In this document: one piece after another, positions 39,956 to 49,286 of the stretch
Numbering within the stretch: the first letter of the stretch is position 1
Layout of the letters: every line of letters starts with the position of its first letter
Sequence record: SRR2962707_513
DNA: 53,117 nt
Direction: 5' to 3' (one strand)
Made by a program: the position numbers and the translations under genes
The notes under the pieces: generated by a model
The model's database searches: none
Told to the model about the DNA's origin: nothing
Seen by the model: only the letters and a program-made list of their open reading frames with translations

Positions 39956-41578
39956 TTATTTTACTTTGAAGTAATTGATGTCGTCTTTCAGGGTTTCAGA
40001 GAGCTGCTGTAAAGCCAGCGTTTCTTCTGAGCTTACTTGTAATGCTTGGCTGGTCTCTTTCGACATATTGGCCACTTCTTGGATCTCACTATTAATCTCA
40101 GAAATGGTCACTACTTGCTGAGAGGTGGCCGCGACAACGTCCAACACATTGGCTAATGAATTCTTCGATTGCTGCTGAATCTCATTAAGCAGTGCATTGG
40201 CTTCATTGGTGAGCGTTAGGCTATTTTGGACTTGAGGTACCGTTGTCTCCATTGCTTCAACAGAGGCTTTGGTTTCTTCTTGTACTTGAAGAATCATCTT
40301 CTCAATGTCACCGGTCGCGTCACCGGTACGCTGCGCCAAATGTCTTACTTCATCGGCGACCACGGCGAATCCTCGGCCTGTTTCCCCAGCTCGCGCGGCT
40401 TCAATGGCCGCATTTAAGGCCAGCAGGTTCGTTTGCTCTGAGATACCGCGAATAACATTGATGATGTCGCCAATGCTGCGAGTACGCTCTTCTAGCACAT
40501 TCACTTGCTCAACAGTGGCTTTGACAGTCTGCGACACTTTTTCAATTTCTGTTGCGACTTTTTGTACGGCAGTTTGCCCTTTCAAAGAAAGCTCAGCAGT
40601 AATGTTTGAGTTGTTTTCCGTTTCTCTAACTCGCTCTGAAATAGAGTGAATACTCTCGTTCATTTCGATCAGCTTATGCGCCGCTGAGTTTGTGTATTCT
40701 AATTGAGTGTCCGCCGCCACCAAGGATTGCTTGGTGCCCGAGGCGACGGTTGCTGAGCGCTGAGACAGCTCCGTCGACGAGGTAATAATGCTGTTTACAA
40801 TGGTGACTAGCTGCTTCTGCATAACTTGCACCGACGACATCATGCTGTCTGGGCAACAAGAGGAGATGGCACCGGTTAGATCGCCTTTAGAGATATCTGC
40901 AATCACATCAGCAGCTTCTTGCGGCTCGCCACCCACCGCGTTTTTAATGCGACGGGCAATCAAGTACGCCACACTGAGGCCAATAATAATGGCAATGCTG
41001 GTGAGGGAAATCATCCAACTTTGAAAGGAGCTAGAGACCTCTCGAGTTTCTATGGTGGCTTCTTGGTTCGCCATTTCTTCAAGATTAATAAACGCATTGA
41101 TCGCCGCGAGCCATTCCACAAAAGACGGCTTGGCTTGGTTCAGTAACACCGCGTTGGCGGACTCTAAGTCATTGGCTTGTTTGGCGCTGATGACTTGCTG
41201 AATCAGTGGTAGGGTTTTTTTCTCAATGCTTTGTATGTTGTTGTAAATGGATTTTTCTTGCGCCGTCATTGGAATGTCGGCTGAGTTAAGCATTTTTGCA
41301 GACTGTTGATAAAAGAGATGAAGATCAGCGATGTCTTTTAGAGTAATAGACAATTCGTTGTCGTTCCTCGCCAACACCACATCACGCACCGCAATAGCTC
41401 GGTCGTGTACACTGCCACGGAAGTCAATGGCATAGCGTTGTTTTACTGAGTTGATGTCCGTCATCTGGGTGATGGTGGTATCAATGAAATTCACTCGGTG
41501 GATTGCAATAACCGTTAATATAACCGTCAGAGCCAGCGTGATACCAAAGCCAAAAACGAGGCGAGCGTTAATCGTCAT
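39956..41578 (-). CDS. Methyl-accepting chemotaxis protein (4-helix-bundle sensor)
   Basis: [34 protein letters not shown]; two TM segments. Confidence 0.95.
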   Translation of the reverse strand: MTINARLVFGFGITLALTVILTVIAIHRVNFIDTTITQMTDINSVKQRYAIDFRGSVHDRAIAVRDVVLARNDNELSITLKDIADLHLFYQQSAKMLNSADIPMTAQEKSIYNNIQSIEKKTLPLIQQVISAKQANDLESANAVLLNQAKPSFVEWLAAINAFINLEEMANQEATIETREVSSSFQSWMISLTSIAIIIGLSVAYLIARRIKNAVGGEPQEAADVIADISKGDLTGAISSCCPDSMMSSVQVMQKQLVTIVNSIITSSTELSQRSATVASGTKQSLVAADTQLEYTNSAAHKLIEMNESIHSISERVRETENNSNITAELSLKGQTAVQKVATEIEKVSQTVKATVEQVNVLEERTRSIGDIINVIRGISEQTNLLALNAAIEAARAGETGRGFAVVADEVRHLAQRTGDATGDIEKMILQVQEETKASVEAMETTVPQVQNSLTLTNEANALLNEIQQQSKNSLANVLDVVAATSQQVVTISEINSEIQEVANMSKETSQALQVSSEETLALQQLSETLKDDINYFKVK

Positions 41579-41798
41579 AAATTGAATCCGTTTAGTCTAT
41601 TCAAGCGTTACAGAAAACAGGTGTTTGTTAGTCAACAAGACACCCACAGAAGTTCCTGCCGTATTGCCTTGTCTTACATGATAAAAATGAGAAGCGAGTG
41701 TAGCCTAATCTGTTCTGAGAGCCTGTTACAAAATGTGTTTCTTGCATAAGGTTCTGACTTATATCAGTGCTATTTATCGTTTCTTTTAGGCGATGTGA

Positions 41799-43727
41799 CT
41801 AGCTGCGAGCAATCACATCGTTGACGGCTTTGGCAATTAGATCCTGTCGCATGGTGGTGCGTGCCACCGGTCGTTCAAACCAGAAATCCATTGGCTGATC
41901 AAAGCCAATACCGTGCATGTAATTGTAGAGCGCTTTGCGCAACCCTTCGCCGAGCATTTCGTGCTCAGTGCCGGTTGGGTCTGTAAAGTCTACGTCGTTT
42001 TCTGCAAATAAAATCTCAGGGCGTTCAGCAAGCGTGATGCCATAGTCGTCAGGATTAATCCCGATTGGGCTGTGAATCGTCGCCGCGAACCTGTGCCAAA
42101 ATGCGGATTGGAAGCAGCCTTGCGCCATCATTTGTCGAACCATTTCTAATGCATCAATGGTTTCTTGCTCTGTTTGTGTCGGGAAGCCATACATCAAGTA
42201 GGCGTGAACAAGAATGTCCGCATCACTAAACGCTTTCGTAACACGCGCGACTTGATCGACGCTAACGCCTTTTTTCATCAGTTTTAGCAATCGATCTGAC
42301 GCGACTTCAAGTCCACCACTGACAGCGATACAACCTGAATCTGCCAATAATTGGCAGCGCTCAGGCGTGAAGGTTTTCTCAAAACGAATATTGCCCCACC
42401 AACTGATCACGACGCCGCGTTCGATCAAACGATTGGCGAGAGCGAATAAGGCTTTTGGTGGCGCGGCTTCATCCACAAAATGGAATCCAGTTTGTCCGGT
42501 TTCTTCGATCAGCTCTTCAATTCGGTCGACTAACAGGTCCGCACCGGCGGCATCGTAGCGATCGATGTAATCCAAACTCACGTCGCAAAAGCTGCATTTG
42601 CGCCAATAGCAACCGTGGGCAATGGTCAGTTTATTCCAGCGTCCATCGCTCCAAATGCGGTGCATCGGGTTAAGCATTTCACAAAGAGACAGATAGTCGC
42701 CTAATGGCAAGCCGTCGTAGATTGGCGTGCCCACATCGGTTTGGGGGATATCGTGCAATGCTTTATTGTCATTCAAGTGCACATAAGGCTCGCCGTTTTG
42801 ATCTTCTGCGAGAAAGTAAGTACGTACTAACTCGTCAATTTCTCGTTGACCGTCGAAGAATTCCAGTAAGGTAATGAAAGGACGCTCGCCGTCATCAAGA
42901 CAAATGAAATCAACAAATTCAAACACGCGGGTATCTTTGAGAGCACGTAATTCTGTGTTTACAAAGCCGCCGCCCATGACGATGGGCAAATCAGGATTGA
43001 TCGCTTTACAGGTTTGCGCGATGCGCAGTGCGCCGAGCATATTACCCGGAAAAGGCACGGTTAAAGCGACCACACTGGGTTGAGTCTCTTCTAAATACTG
43101 CTCGACCAATTGTTCTAAAATCTCAGAACTAAAACTAGGTTCCCCCATGAGAGTATCGTAGAGATTGTCGAAGCTTGGGTTTGCCGCGGCAAGGCGCTCG
43201 CCGTAACGGCTTACTTCGAAATAAGGGTCAACACCTTGGGTGATCACCGCTGATAAATCATTGATAAACAAGGTAGCCAAATACTTGGCTTGATCTTGTA
43301 CCCCTAGGTTACCAAACGCGGCTTTTAGAACATCCCCAGAGACCGCTTCCATTTGTTCTATGGTGTCGAAAGCTGGGCCTTCAGGCAGAAAACGACGGGA
43401 AATAATACGCAACGCTAGGCTTGGATCTTTACCTTGTAAAAAACGAATGACAGGCTCAACCGCAAGGCGGTAACGATCGAATTCCGCTAAGAAGGTGAAA
43501 ATCACATCGGGCAGTTCGTCGTCTTCAAATTGTTCGAAGTTTTCCTCTACATGCTGGCGGATAATATCCAATGCAGGCGCTGTCATCATCTCAAGAAAAA
43601 GCTCGATGGCAGGATCTCGCTGCACCGCCTCATAGCCCCGAGAGCGTAAAAAACCAGTGAGATACGCCGTCGCCGGATACGGAGTATTTAACTGAGTCAT
43701 AGGAGGGGTCATTAGAAGAACGGTCAT
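41799..43727 (-). CDS. B12-binding domain radical SAM protein, function unknown
   Basis: PPMTQLNTPYPATAYL, MGGGFVNTELR, GCYWRKCSFCD (CxxxCxxC), FHFVDEAAPP. Confidence 0.88.
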   Translation of the reverse strand: MTVLLMTPPMTQLNTPYPATAYLTGFLRSRGYEAVQRDPAIELFLEMMTAPALDIIRQHVEENFEQFEDDELPDVIFTFLAEFDRYRLAVEPVIRFLQGKDPSLALRIISRRFLPEGPAFDTIEQMEAVSGDVLKAAFGNLGVQDQAKYLATLFINDLSAVITQGVDPYFEVSRYGERLAAANPSFDNLYDTLMGEPSFSSEILEQLVEQYLEETQPSVVALTVPFPGNMLGALRIAQTCKAINPDLPIVMGGGFVNTELRALKDTRVFEFVDFICLDDGERPFITLLEFFDGQREIDELVRTYFLAEDQNGEPYVHLNDNKALHDIPQTDVGTPIYDGLPLGDYLSLCEMLNPMHRIWSDGRWNKLTIAHGCYWRKCSFCDVSLDYIDRYDAAGADLLVDRIEELIEETGQTGFHFVDEAAPPKALFALANRLIERGVVISWWGNIRFEKTFTPERCQLLADSGCIAVSGGLEVASDRLLKLMKKGVSVDQVARVTKAFSDADILVHAYLMYGFPTQTEQETIDALEMVRQMMAQGCFQSAFWHRFAATIHSPIGINPDDYGITLAERPEILFAENDVDFTDPTGTEHEMLGEGLRKALYNYMHGIGFDQPMDFWFERPVARTTMRQDLIAKAVNDVIARS

Positions 43728-43797
43728 AGCCTGCCTTTAAGCGTAACAACGGATAAAATAAGGGGGCATTCTAGCAGTAAAGAAGGGGTATATCCTG

Positions 43798-44478
43798 CTA
43801 ATTATCGAGTATAGGATTTAGGTAGCCTGCGCCGAGTTGCTGCATTTGCCGCTCAATCCAATCCACTCTTTGACGAAGATTCGGGGTTAAGCGGTTTGGG
43901 TCACGTTTGCGTGGGCTAGGTAATAGTACCGCCAATCGGGCGGCTTGGTTCGCTGTCAGGTGGCGAGCAGATTTGCCAAAATAATGCTGGCTAGCGGCTT
44001 CGACACCATAAATCCCTTTGCCGAATTCTGCGACGTTCAAATACACTTCTAAAATGCGTTTTTTACCCCAAATAGCTTCAAGGCTGATGGCTAGTCCGGC
44101 CTCTAACCCTTTGCGAATAAAACTGCGTCCTGGCCACAGAAACAGATTTTTTGCTGTTTGCTGGGTAATCGTGCTGGCGCCGCGAAGCCCTTCGCCATCA
44201 TCGTATTGGCTAAGCGCTTTGGTGATCGCCGTAAAATCGACACCGAAATGGTCGGGAAAGCGTTGATCCTCTGAGCCAATAACCGCTAATGGCACCTGTG
44301 GTGGCAGTTTATCGATACTGATCCAATGCTGAGTCACCGGATAATCACTTTGCAACATAAACGCCGTTGTCGGTGGCGGCACAAATCGAAAGACCAGTAG
44401 AATCAAAGCAAACGCGATCAAAACACGCCATAAAATAGTCCATGCTTTGTTGAAAACACCCGGTTTACGCTTTGCCAT
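43798..44478 (-). CDS. mtgA: Monofunctional peptidoglycan transglycosylase
   Basis: EDQRFPDHFGVD, GASTITQQTAKNLFLW, RKGLE, KKRILEVYLN. Confidence 0.95.
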   Translation of the reverse strand: MAKRKPGVFNKAWTILWRVLIAFALILLVFRFVPPPTTAFMLQSDYPVTQHWISIDKLPPQVPLAVIGSEDQRFPDHFGVDFTAITKALSQYDDGEGLRGASTITQQTAKNLFLWPGRSFIRKGLEAGLAISLEAIWGKKRILEVYLNVAEFGKGIYGVEAASQHYFGKSARHLTANQAARLAVLLPSPRKRDPNRLTPNLRQRVDWIERQMQQLGAGYLNPILDN

Positions 44479-44717
44479 TCATTACCTCAAGGGGGAAAGA
44501 GGCCATGCCTCTCTGAAAGACTATAATAGCAATTTTTCACTGGTTGATGTTTAACCTATTTATTGCTTTAAGGCGTTCTCTTTACTGGAAAGGATCAGGT
44601 CTTTTACTTATTGGTGCGCAGACCCTATTGCTCGATTCCTGTAGCATACGCGCACCGAAATTCACGTGGTCGCAATGTGCCCCTTCTTTTACACCATCGC
44701 AACAAGGACAACGCCTG

Positions 44718-45377
44718 ATGGCCAATTTTAATACCCACGTTACCGTGGCTGCCGCGCTTAGTGCCCCCTTGGCAGCCTGCGCTTTTGTTATGGGTTTTGC
44801 CAATATGAACGACGCCATTCTTTATACTTTAGCGGGGACGTTAGGTGGACTATTACCCGATATCGACGCCGACGAATCGATTGCCATTCGGCTGGTATTT
44901 CGCCTGTTCGGCGCACTGGTTGCAGGCTTGATCATCGCCGCTTGGGTGAATCAACTTCCTCACTGGCAAGTACTTGCACTGGCGGCGGCAGGCTACCTAA
45001 TCGTACGCTTCCCAATACAATGGGTGTTTGAGCAACTCACCATACACAGAGGAACATTGCACAGTTTGCTGGCCAACGTCATGTTTGCTGCTCTTGCTGT
45101 GCCCATCTCATACCATGTGTTTGGCCTTAGCGCGAAAACCGCCTGGGGAATCGGCGCTTTTACCTTTTTAGGCGCCACCATACACCTGATACTCGACGAG
45201 CTATACAGCATCGAACTCTCAGGCATGCGCATCAAACGCTCCTTCGGCACCGCACTTAAACTCACCGACTGGGGCGAGCCACTGGCATCGCTGGCGCTAG
45301 TACTTGGCTGCGCAGTGGGGTACTGGCTCAGCCCAACGCCAGATGCTTGGGTGTCTGCTTTTGCTTTATTGCATTGA
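44718..45377 (+). CDS. Membrane metal-dependent hydrolase (YdjM-like)
   Basis: MANFNTH, GGLLPDID, HRGTLHS, HLILDE; SD aagga. Confidence 0.85.
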   Translation: MANFNTHVTVAAALSAPLAACAFVMGFANMNDAILYTLAGTLGGLLPDIDADESIAIRLVFRLFGALVAGLIIAAWVNQLPHWQVLALAAAGYLIVRFPIQWVFEQLTIHRGTLHSLLANVMFAALAVPISYHVFGLSAKTAWGIGAFTFLGATIHLILDELYSIELSGMRIKRSFGTALKLTDWGEPLASLALVLGCAVGYWLSPTPDAWVSAFALLH

Positions 45378-45382
45378 GAAAA

Positions 45383-45703
45383 TCAGTTTTCGGTTATTTT
45401 CGATGAACTGATGTTCATAACATGCCTAGCGACATGTGGATGAATCGGCGTGAGTCCAGATTTCATACCAAGTGGTTTAAACACTTTATCGATAATACTC
45501 TGAACCTGACTACCCTTGTCTTGTTCAATGTCTGTCAAAGTGCGACGGCTGACTCCGACTAACTCTGCATAGCGAGTTTGAGAAAAACCAAGCACTTCTT
45601 TGCGAAGGCGTTTTAACATCTGTCCTTGAGTGAGCTCACCTAATATATGTTGTTGTAGAAGCTCTACTAATAAAGCTTGGCGCTGTTCTGCTGTCATGCT
45701 CAT
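45383..45703 (-). CDS. XRE-family HTH repressor/antitoxin (HipB-like)
   Basis: LKRLRKEVLGFSQTRYAELVGVSRRTLTDIEQDKG; ATG overlaps the stop of the upstream mini-ORF (ATGA). Confidence 0.88.
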   Translation of the reverse strand: MSMTAEQRQALLVELLQQHILGELTQGQMLKRLRKEVLGFSQTRYAELVGVSRRTLTDIEQDKGSQVQSIIDKVFKPLGMKSGLTPIHPHVARHVMNISSSKITEN

Positions 45704-45870
45704 AAAAGCCCCCAACGGGTGAGTTTTGTTTCTAGCCATTTGACAGAATATTCAAACTCATAACCAAGACGGCTTGGGCTGGCAATCCCTTTTTCAGGAC
45801 TGAGTAGCTTCAATGTCGCGATATCGTGCCATTGCTGTTGGGTCAGAGCTTGAATAGTGAGCGTTTTCAT
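45700..45870 (-). pseudogene. Internally deleted hipA-like kinase toxin gene; 56-aa in-frame fusion of the N and C termini
   Basis: MKTLTIQALTQQQWHDIATLKLLSPEKGIASPSRLGYEFEYSVKWLE-TKLTRWGLL*. As I recall them, both ends resemble Vibrio/Marinobacter-type HipA termini; there is no kinase core. SD aggt. Confidence 0.7.
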
Positions 45871-45882
45871 CGAATACCTACA

Positions 45883-45982
45883 TGAGCATAGTTTTGCTCA
45901 TTATAGTCTTTAAAAGTAATTTTTGAGAAATAAATTGCTCAAAAATATTTTTTAGCGTTATTTTTGAGCATAATATTGCTCA
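45883..45982 (-). promoter_or_regulatory. sigma70 promoter with three TGAGCA-N6-TGCTCA operators at 41-bp period
   Basis: Sites at 45883-45900, 45924-45941 (TGAGAA variant) and 45965-45982; minus-strand TATAAT at 45900-45905 and TTCTCA (-35) at 45924-45929. Confidence 0.8.
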
Positions 45983-45993
45983 TTTTTAAAATT

Positions 45994-46248
45994 GGGGGCA
46001 GATGAAAACAGAAAACTGGTCGCCAGCTTAGCCGTCAGCAGGAAACGCGAGCGAAGCGTTATCAAGCCTTATTCAAATACCACATCCCAGAAGAAGAACT
46101 CGGGCGGATTTGATCCGCTATGCACTCAGATATGGCTCTGGGAAACGAATGTTTTAAAGGGGAGGTTGAGAAGCTAAAGTGTAGGCAAGTGACGCCAAGA
46201 AAGCGCGGTAGGAAACCGAGTCAGATGGATTAAATTTTCATCTGACCC
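45994..46248 (+). mobile_element. ~255-bp internally deleted HUH/Y1 (RAYT-like) transposase element bounded by inverted repeats
   Basis: ggggcagatgaaaa (45995-46008) / ttttcatctgaccc (46235-46248). Frame 46021-46233 reads RQLSRQQETRAKRYQALFKYHIPEEELGRI*SAMHSDMALGNECFKGEVEKLKCRQVTPRKRGRKPSQMD*, resembling the C-terminus of REP-associated tyrosine transposases, with an internal TGA at 46111. Confidence 0.7.
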
Positions 46249-46275
46249 TGAGGTATCCCTTTTAGGGGGAGGCGC

Positions 46276-49044
46276 TTAGTGCGCCTCGTCCCAGTTGTCC
46301 CCAATCCCAGCTTCCACAAGCAAAGGCACGTCAATCTGGCTACTATTCTGCATGATGTCGACGATTTTTGCTTGGGCGGCGTCTAGGTCTTTTTCAGCCA
46401 CTTCGAAGATCAATTCATCGTGTACTTGCAGGATCATTTTCACGTCTAGGTCGGTGTCGGCGAGCCAGTCGTGCATCTTGATCATGGCGCGTTTGATGAT
46501 GTCGGCGGCGGAGCCTTGCATCGGTGCGTTGATCGCGGTGCGTTCGGCGGCTTGGCGCATCATGGCGTTTTTCGCTCTGATGTCAGGCAGATACAAACGA
46601 CGACCGTAGATGGTTTCGACAAAGCCTTTTTCTTTCGCGCCTTCGCGGGTGTTTTCCATGTATTGCTGTACGCCTGGGTAGCGCTCGAAATAACGCTGAA
46701 TGTATTTCGCGGCTTCTGGGCGGCTAATGCCAAGCTGCTTCGCCAAACCAAACGCCGACATGCCGTAGATCAAACCGAAGTTGATGGCTTTGGCGCGGCG
46801 GCGTTGTTCGGTGGTGACTTCGTCTAGGCTCACTTCAAACACTTCTGCTGCGGTGGCTTTATGCACATCGGCGTCTCTGGTGAAGGCGTCGAGTAAGCCT
46901 TTGTCTTGTGACAGGTGCGCCATAATGCGAAGTTCGACTTGCGAGTAATCGGCTGCGAGCAGCTTGTAGCCAGTTGGTGCAACGAAGGCTTGGCGAATAC
47001 GACGACCTTCTGCCGAGCGAATCGGGATGTTCTGCAAGTTCGGATCAGTCGACGACAAGCGACCGGTGGCGGTGATGGCCTGATGGTAAGAGGTATGGAT
47101 ACGGCCGGTTTTCTGGATCATTTCTGGCAGCTTGTCGGTGTAAGTGGATTTCAACTTAGACAAGGTGCGGTGTTCCATGATCAAGCGTGGCAGTTCGTGG
47201 TCTTGTGCCAGTTCTTGCAAGATAGGCTCGGCGGTAGATGGCTGACCCTTCGGCGTTTTCTTGATGACAGGCAAACCTTGTTTTTCGAACAAGATCACTT
47301 GCAGCTGTTTTGGTGAGCTTAGGTTGAAACTTTCACCTGCGTGTTCGTGAGCTTTAATCTCCAGTTCCTGTAACTTCCCTGCGATTTCAGCGCTTTGCGC
47401 ATGCAATAAATCTGGGTCGATCAAGGCGCCGGTTTGTTCCATTTTGGCTAACACAGGTACAAGTGGGCATTCGATGTCTTTAAAGATGCTCACCAGTTCA
47501 GGTGTTTTTTCAACTTGTGGCCAAATCGCTTGGTGAAGTCGCAAGGTAATGTCGGCGTCTTCTGCGGCATAAAAAGCGGCTTGTTCTAGGTCGATTTCAT
47601 TAAAGGTTTTCTGTTTTTTACCTTTGCCAGCCAAGTCTTCAAAACTTACGCAGGTGTGATCGAGGAACTTTTTCGCCAGCGTGTCCATGTCGTGGCGCGA
47701 GCTGACAGAGTTGTACACGTACGATTCCAGCATGGTGTCGTAGGCGATGCCGCGCAGCGTAATCTTGTAGTTATTCAATACGTTAGCGTCGTACTTAAGG
47801 TGTTGGCCGACTTTTGCTTTGCTGTCATCTTCTAGCCAAGGTTTAAGTTGTTCTAATACCCAATCACGATCGAGCTGTTCTGGTGCCCCTTCGTAGTCGT
47901 GGGCAAAGGGCACATACGCGGCAACGCCGGCTTCAACTGAGAAAGACACGCCGACTAATTCGGCGGCCATGTAGTTTAGGCTGGTGGTTTCGGTGTCGAA
48001 GGCGGTGAGTTCGGCGTTTTGAATTTTCTCAAACCAAACGGCGAAGGTCTCTTTATCTAAAACTGTGGTGTAGTCTGCGACAAGGTTAGACGCAACGGGC
48101 ACGGCGACTTGCCCGTCTGTATTCAGAGTATCGCTGGCAGTTTCAACGCTCGGAGCTTGGTCAAGTTCGGCCACCCAGCGTTTGAATTCTAGTTTGGTGA
48201 ACCATTCTTTTAGCGTGTCTTTATCGGCTTCTTTGTTTTTCAATTCAAGCGCATTAAATGGCAATTCCACATCACACTTGATGGTCGCTAGCGTGTAAGA
48301 CAACTCGGCCATTTCTTTGTTGTCTTCCATTTTTTTCGCTAAGGTTTTTGAGCCGCGAAAGCCTAAACCGGCGATCTCATCTAATCGCGTGTAGATTTCT
48401 TTGATGCTGCCCAAACCTTGCAAGAGCGCGAGAGCGGTTTTTTCACCAACCCCCGGCACGCCTGGAATGTTATCGACCTTGTCACCCATAAGGGCAAGGT
48501 AATCGATGATGAGTTCTGGTGGAATGCCGAACTTGTCTTTTACGCCCTGGATGTCCATCACGGTATCATTCATGGTGTTGACCAAGGTGACCTTGTCTGT
48601 CACCAGCTGCGCCATGTCTTTGTCGCCTGTCGATACGATGACTTCGCGACCGGTTTCGCCTACTTGTTTGGCGATGGTGCCGATGACGTCGTCGGCTTCT
48701 ACGCCATCGATGATGACCAGTGGCAAGCCCATGGCTTCTACCATGCGGTGAATCGGCTCGATTTGTGGACGTAAATCGTCCGGCATAGGTGGACGTTGTG
48801 CTTTGTATTCGCTGTAAATCTCATCGCGGAAGGTTTTACCCTTGGCGTCAAAGATGATGACCATAGGTGAATCTGGGTAACTCTTGATGAGGCTACGTAT
48901 CATGCTGATCACACCACGAGTCGCGTTGGTCGGTTGGCCGTCGCTGGTGCTCATCGGTGGAATGGCATGGAATGCTCGGTAAAGGTAAGACGAGCCGTCT
49001 ACCAAAATCATCGGTGAAGTGTGTGTCTTAGAATCGGTAGCCAA
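46276..49044 (-). CDS. polA: DNA polymerase I
   Basis: LVDGSSYLYRAFHA (5'-3' exo), AFDTETT and YAAEDA (3'-5' exo), ADYSQVELRI, RRRAKAINFGLIYG, QVHDEL; TTG start. Confidence 0.99.
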   Translation of the reverse strand: MATDSKTHTSPMILVDGSSYLYRAFHAIPPMSTSDGQPTNATRGVISMIRSLIKSYPDSPMVIIFDAKGKTFRDEIYSEYKAQRPPMPDDLRPQIEPIHRMVEAMGLPLVIIDGVEADDVIGTIAKQVGETGREVIVSTGDKDMAQLVTDKVTLVNTMNDTVMDIQGVKDKFGIPPELIIDYLALMGDKVDNIPGVPGVGEKTALALLQGLGSIKEIYTRLDEIAGLGFRGSKTLAKKMEDNKEMAELSYTLATIKCDVELPFNALELKNKEADKDTLKEWFTKLEFKRWVAELDQAPSVETASDTLNTDGQVAVPVASNLVADYTTVLDKETFAVWFEKIQNAELTAFDTETTSLNYMAAELVGVSFSVEAGVAAYVPFAHDYEGAPEQLDRDWVLEQLKPWLEDDSKAKVGQHLKYDANVLNNYKITLRGIAYDTMLESYVYNSVSSRHDMDTLAKKFLDHTCVSFEDLAGKGKKQKTFNEIDLEQAAFYAAEDADITLRLHQAIWPQVEKTPELVSIFKDIECPLVPVLAKMEQTGALIDPDLLHAQSAEIAGKLQELEIKAHEHAGESFNLSSPKQLQVILFEKQGLPVIKKTPKGQPSTAEPILQELAQDHELPRLIMEHRTLSKLKSTYTDKLPEMIQKTGRIHTSYHQAITATGRLSSTDPNLQNIPIRSAEGRRIRQAFVAPTGYKLLAADYSQVELRIMAHLSQDKGLLDAFTRDADVHKATAAEVFEVSLDEVTTEQRRRAKAINFGLIYGMSAFGLAKQLGISRPEAAKYIQRYFERYPGVQQYMENTREGAKEKGFVETIYGRRLYLPDIRAKNAMMRQAAERTAINAPMQGSAADIIKRAMIKMHDWLADTDLDVKMILQVHDELIFEVAEKDLDAAQAKIVDIMQNSSQIDVPLLVEAGIGDNWDEAH

Positions 49045-49286
49045 AATGAAACCTCTGTATTAATCGGCGATTATTGGCGCCTATTCTAAGCACTTACGAG
49101 GATTTTTTCAGTCTAAATCGCGTTTTAACTGTTAAAAGGTCTGTTGGGCGTGGTATCGCGTTTCATAGAAAATCGCGGCAGAAAGCGACGATTTCCGTGA
49201 CTTCGAATTGACCTTTCGTCGCTTATTGTGGAGCATAGGCGTTTTCTTAATCGCTCTATCCCCTTGACGATCAATAGGTAGCAAAC

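Noticed and set aside
41761..41788. Possible sigma28 promoter for the MCP (TAAA-N16-ACTGATAT on the minus strand)
   Set aside because: Spacing is off by one and the -10 is degenerate; not supportable.
45704..45739. N-terminal extension MARNKTHPLGAF of the XRE ORF
   Set aside because: Overlaps the hipA minigene in another frame; the ATGA-coupled start at 45703 is more plausible.
45883..45982. Mini-CRISPR interpretation of the 41-bp periodic palindromes
   Set aside because: Only three 18-bp units with variable centres, 23-bp AT-rich spacers and no cas genes. They overlap -10/-35 elements upstream of an HTH repressor, so operators are far more parsimonious.
45992..46177. Track ORF of 61 aa on the + strand
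   Set aside because: Wrong frame; the protein-like signal is in the frame starting at 46021 (transposase remnant).
1987..48774. Numerous 60-160 aa antisense or overlapping ORFs inside ahpF, dctM, adhP, the MCP, polA and others
   Set aside because: Typical shadow frames produced by the codon bias of the real genes; no SD or motifs.
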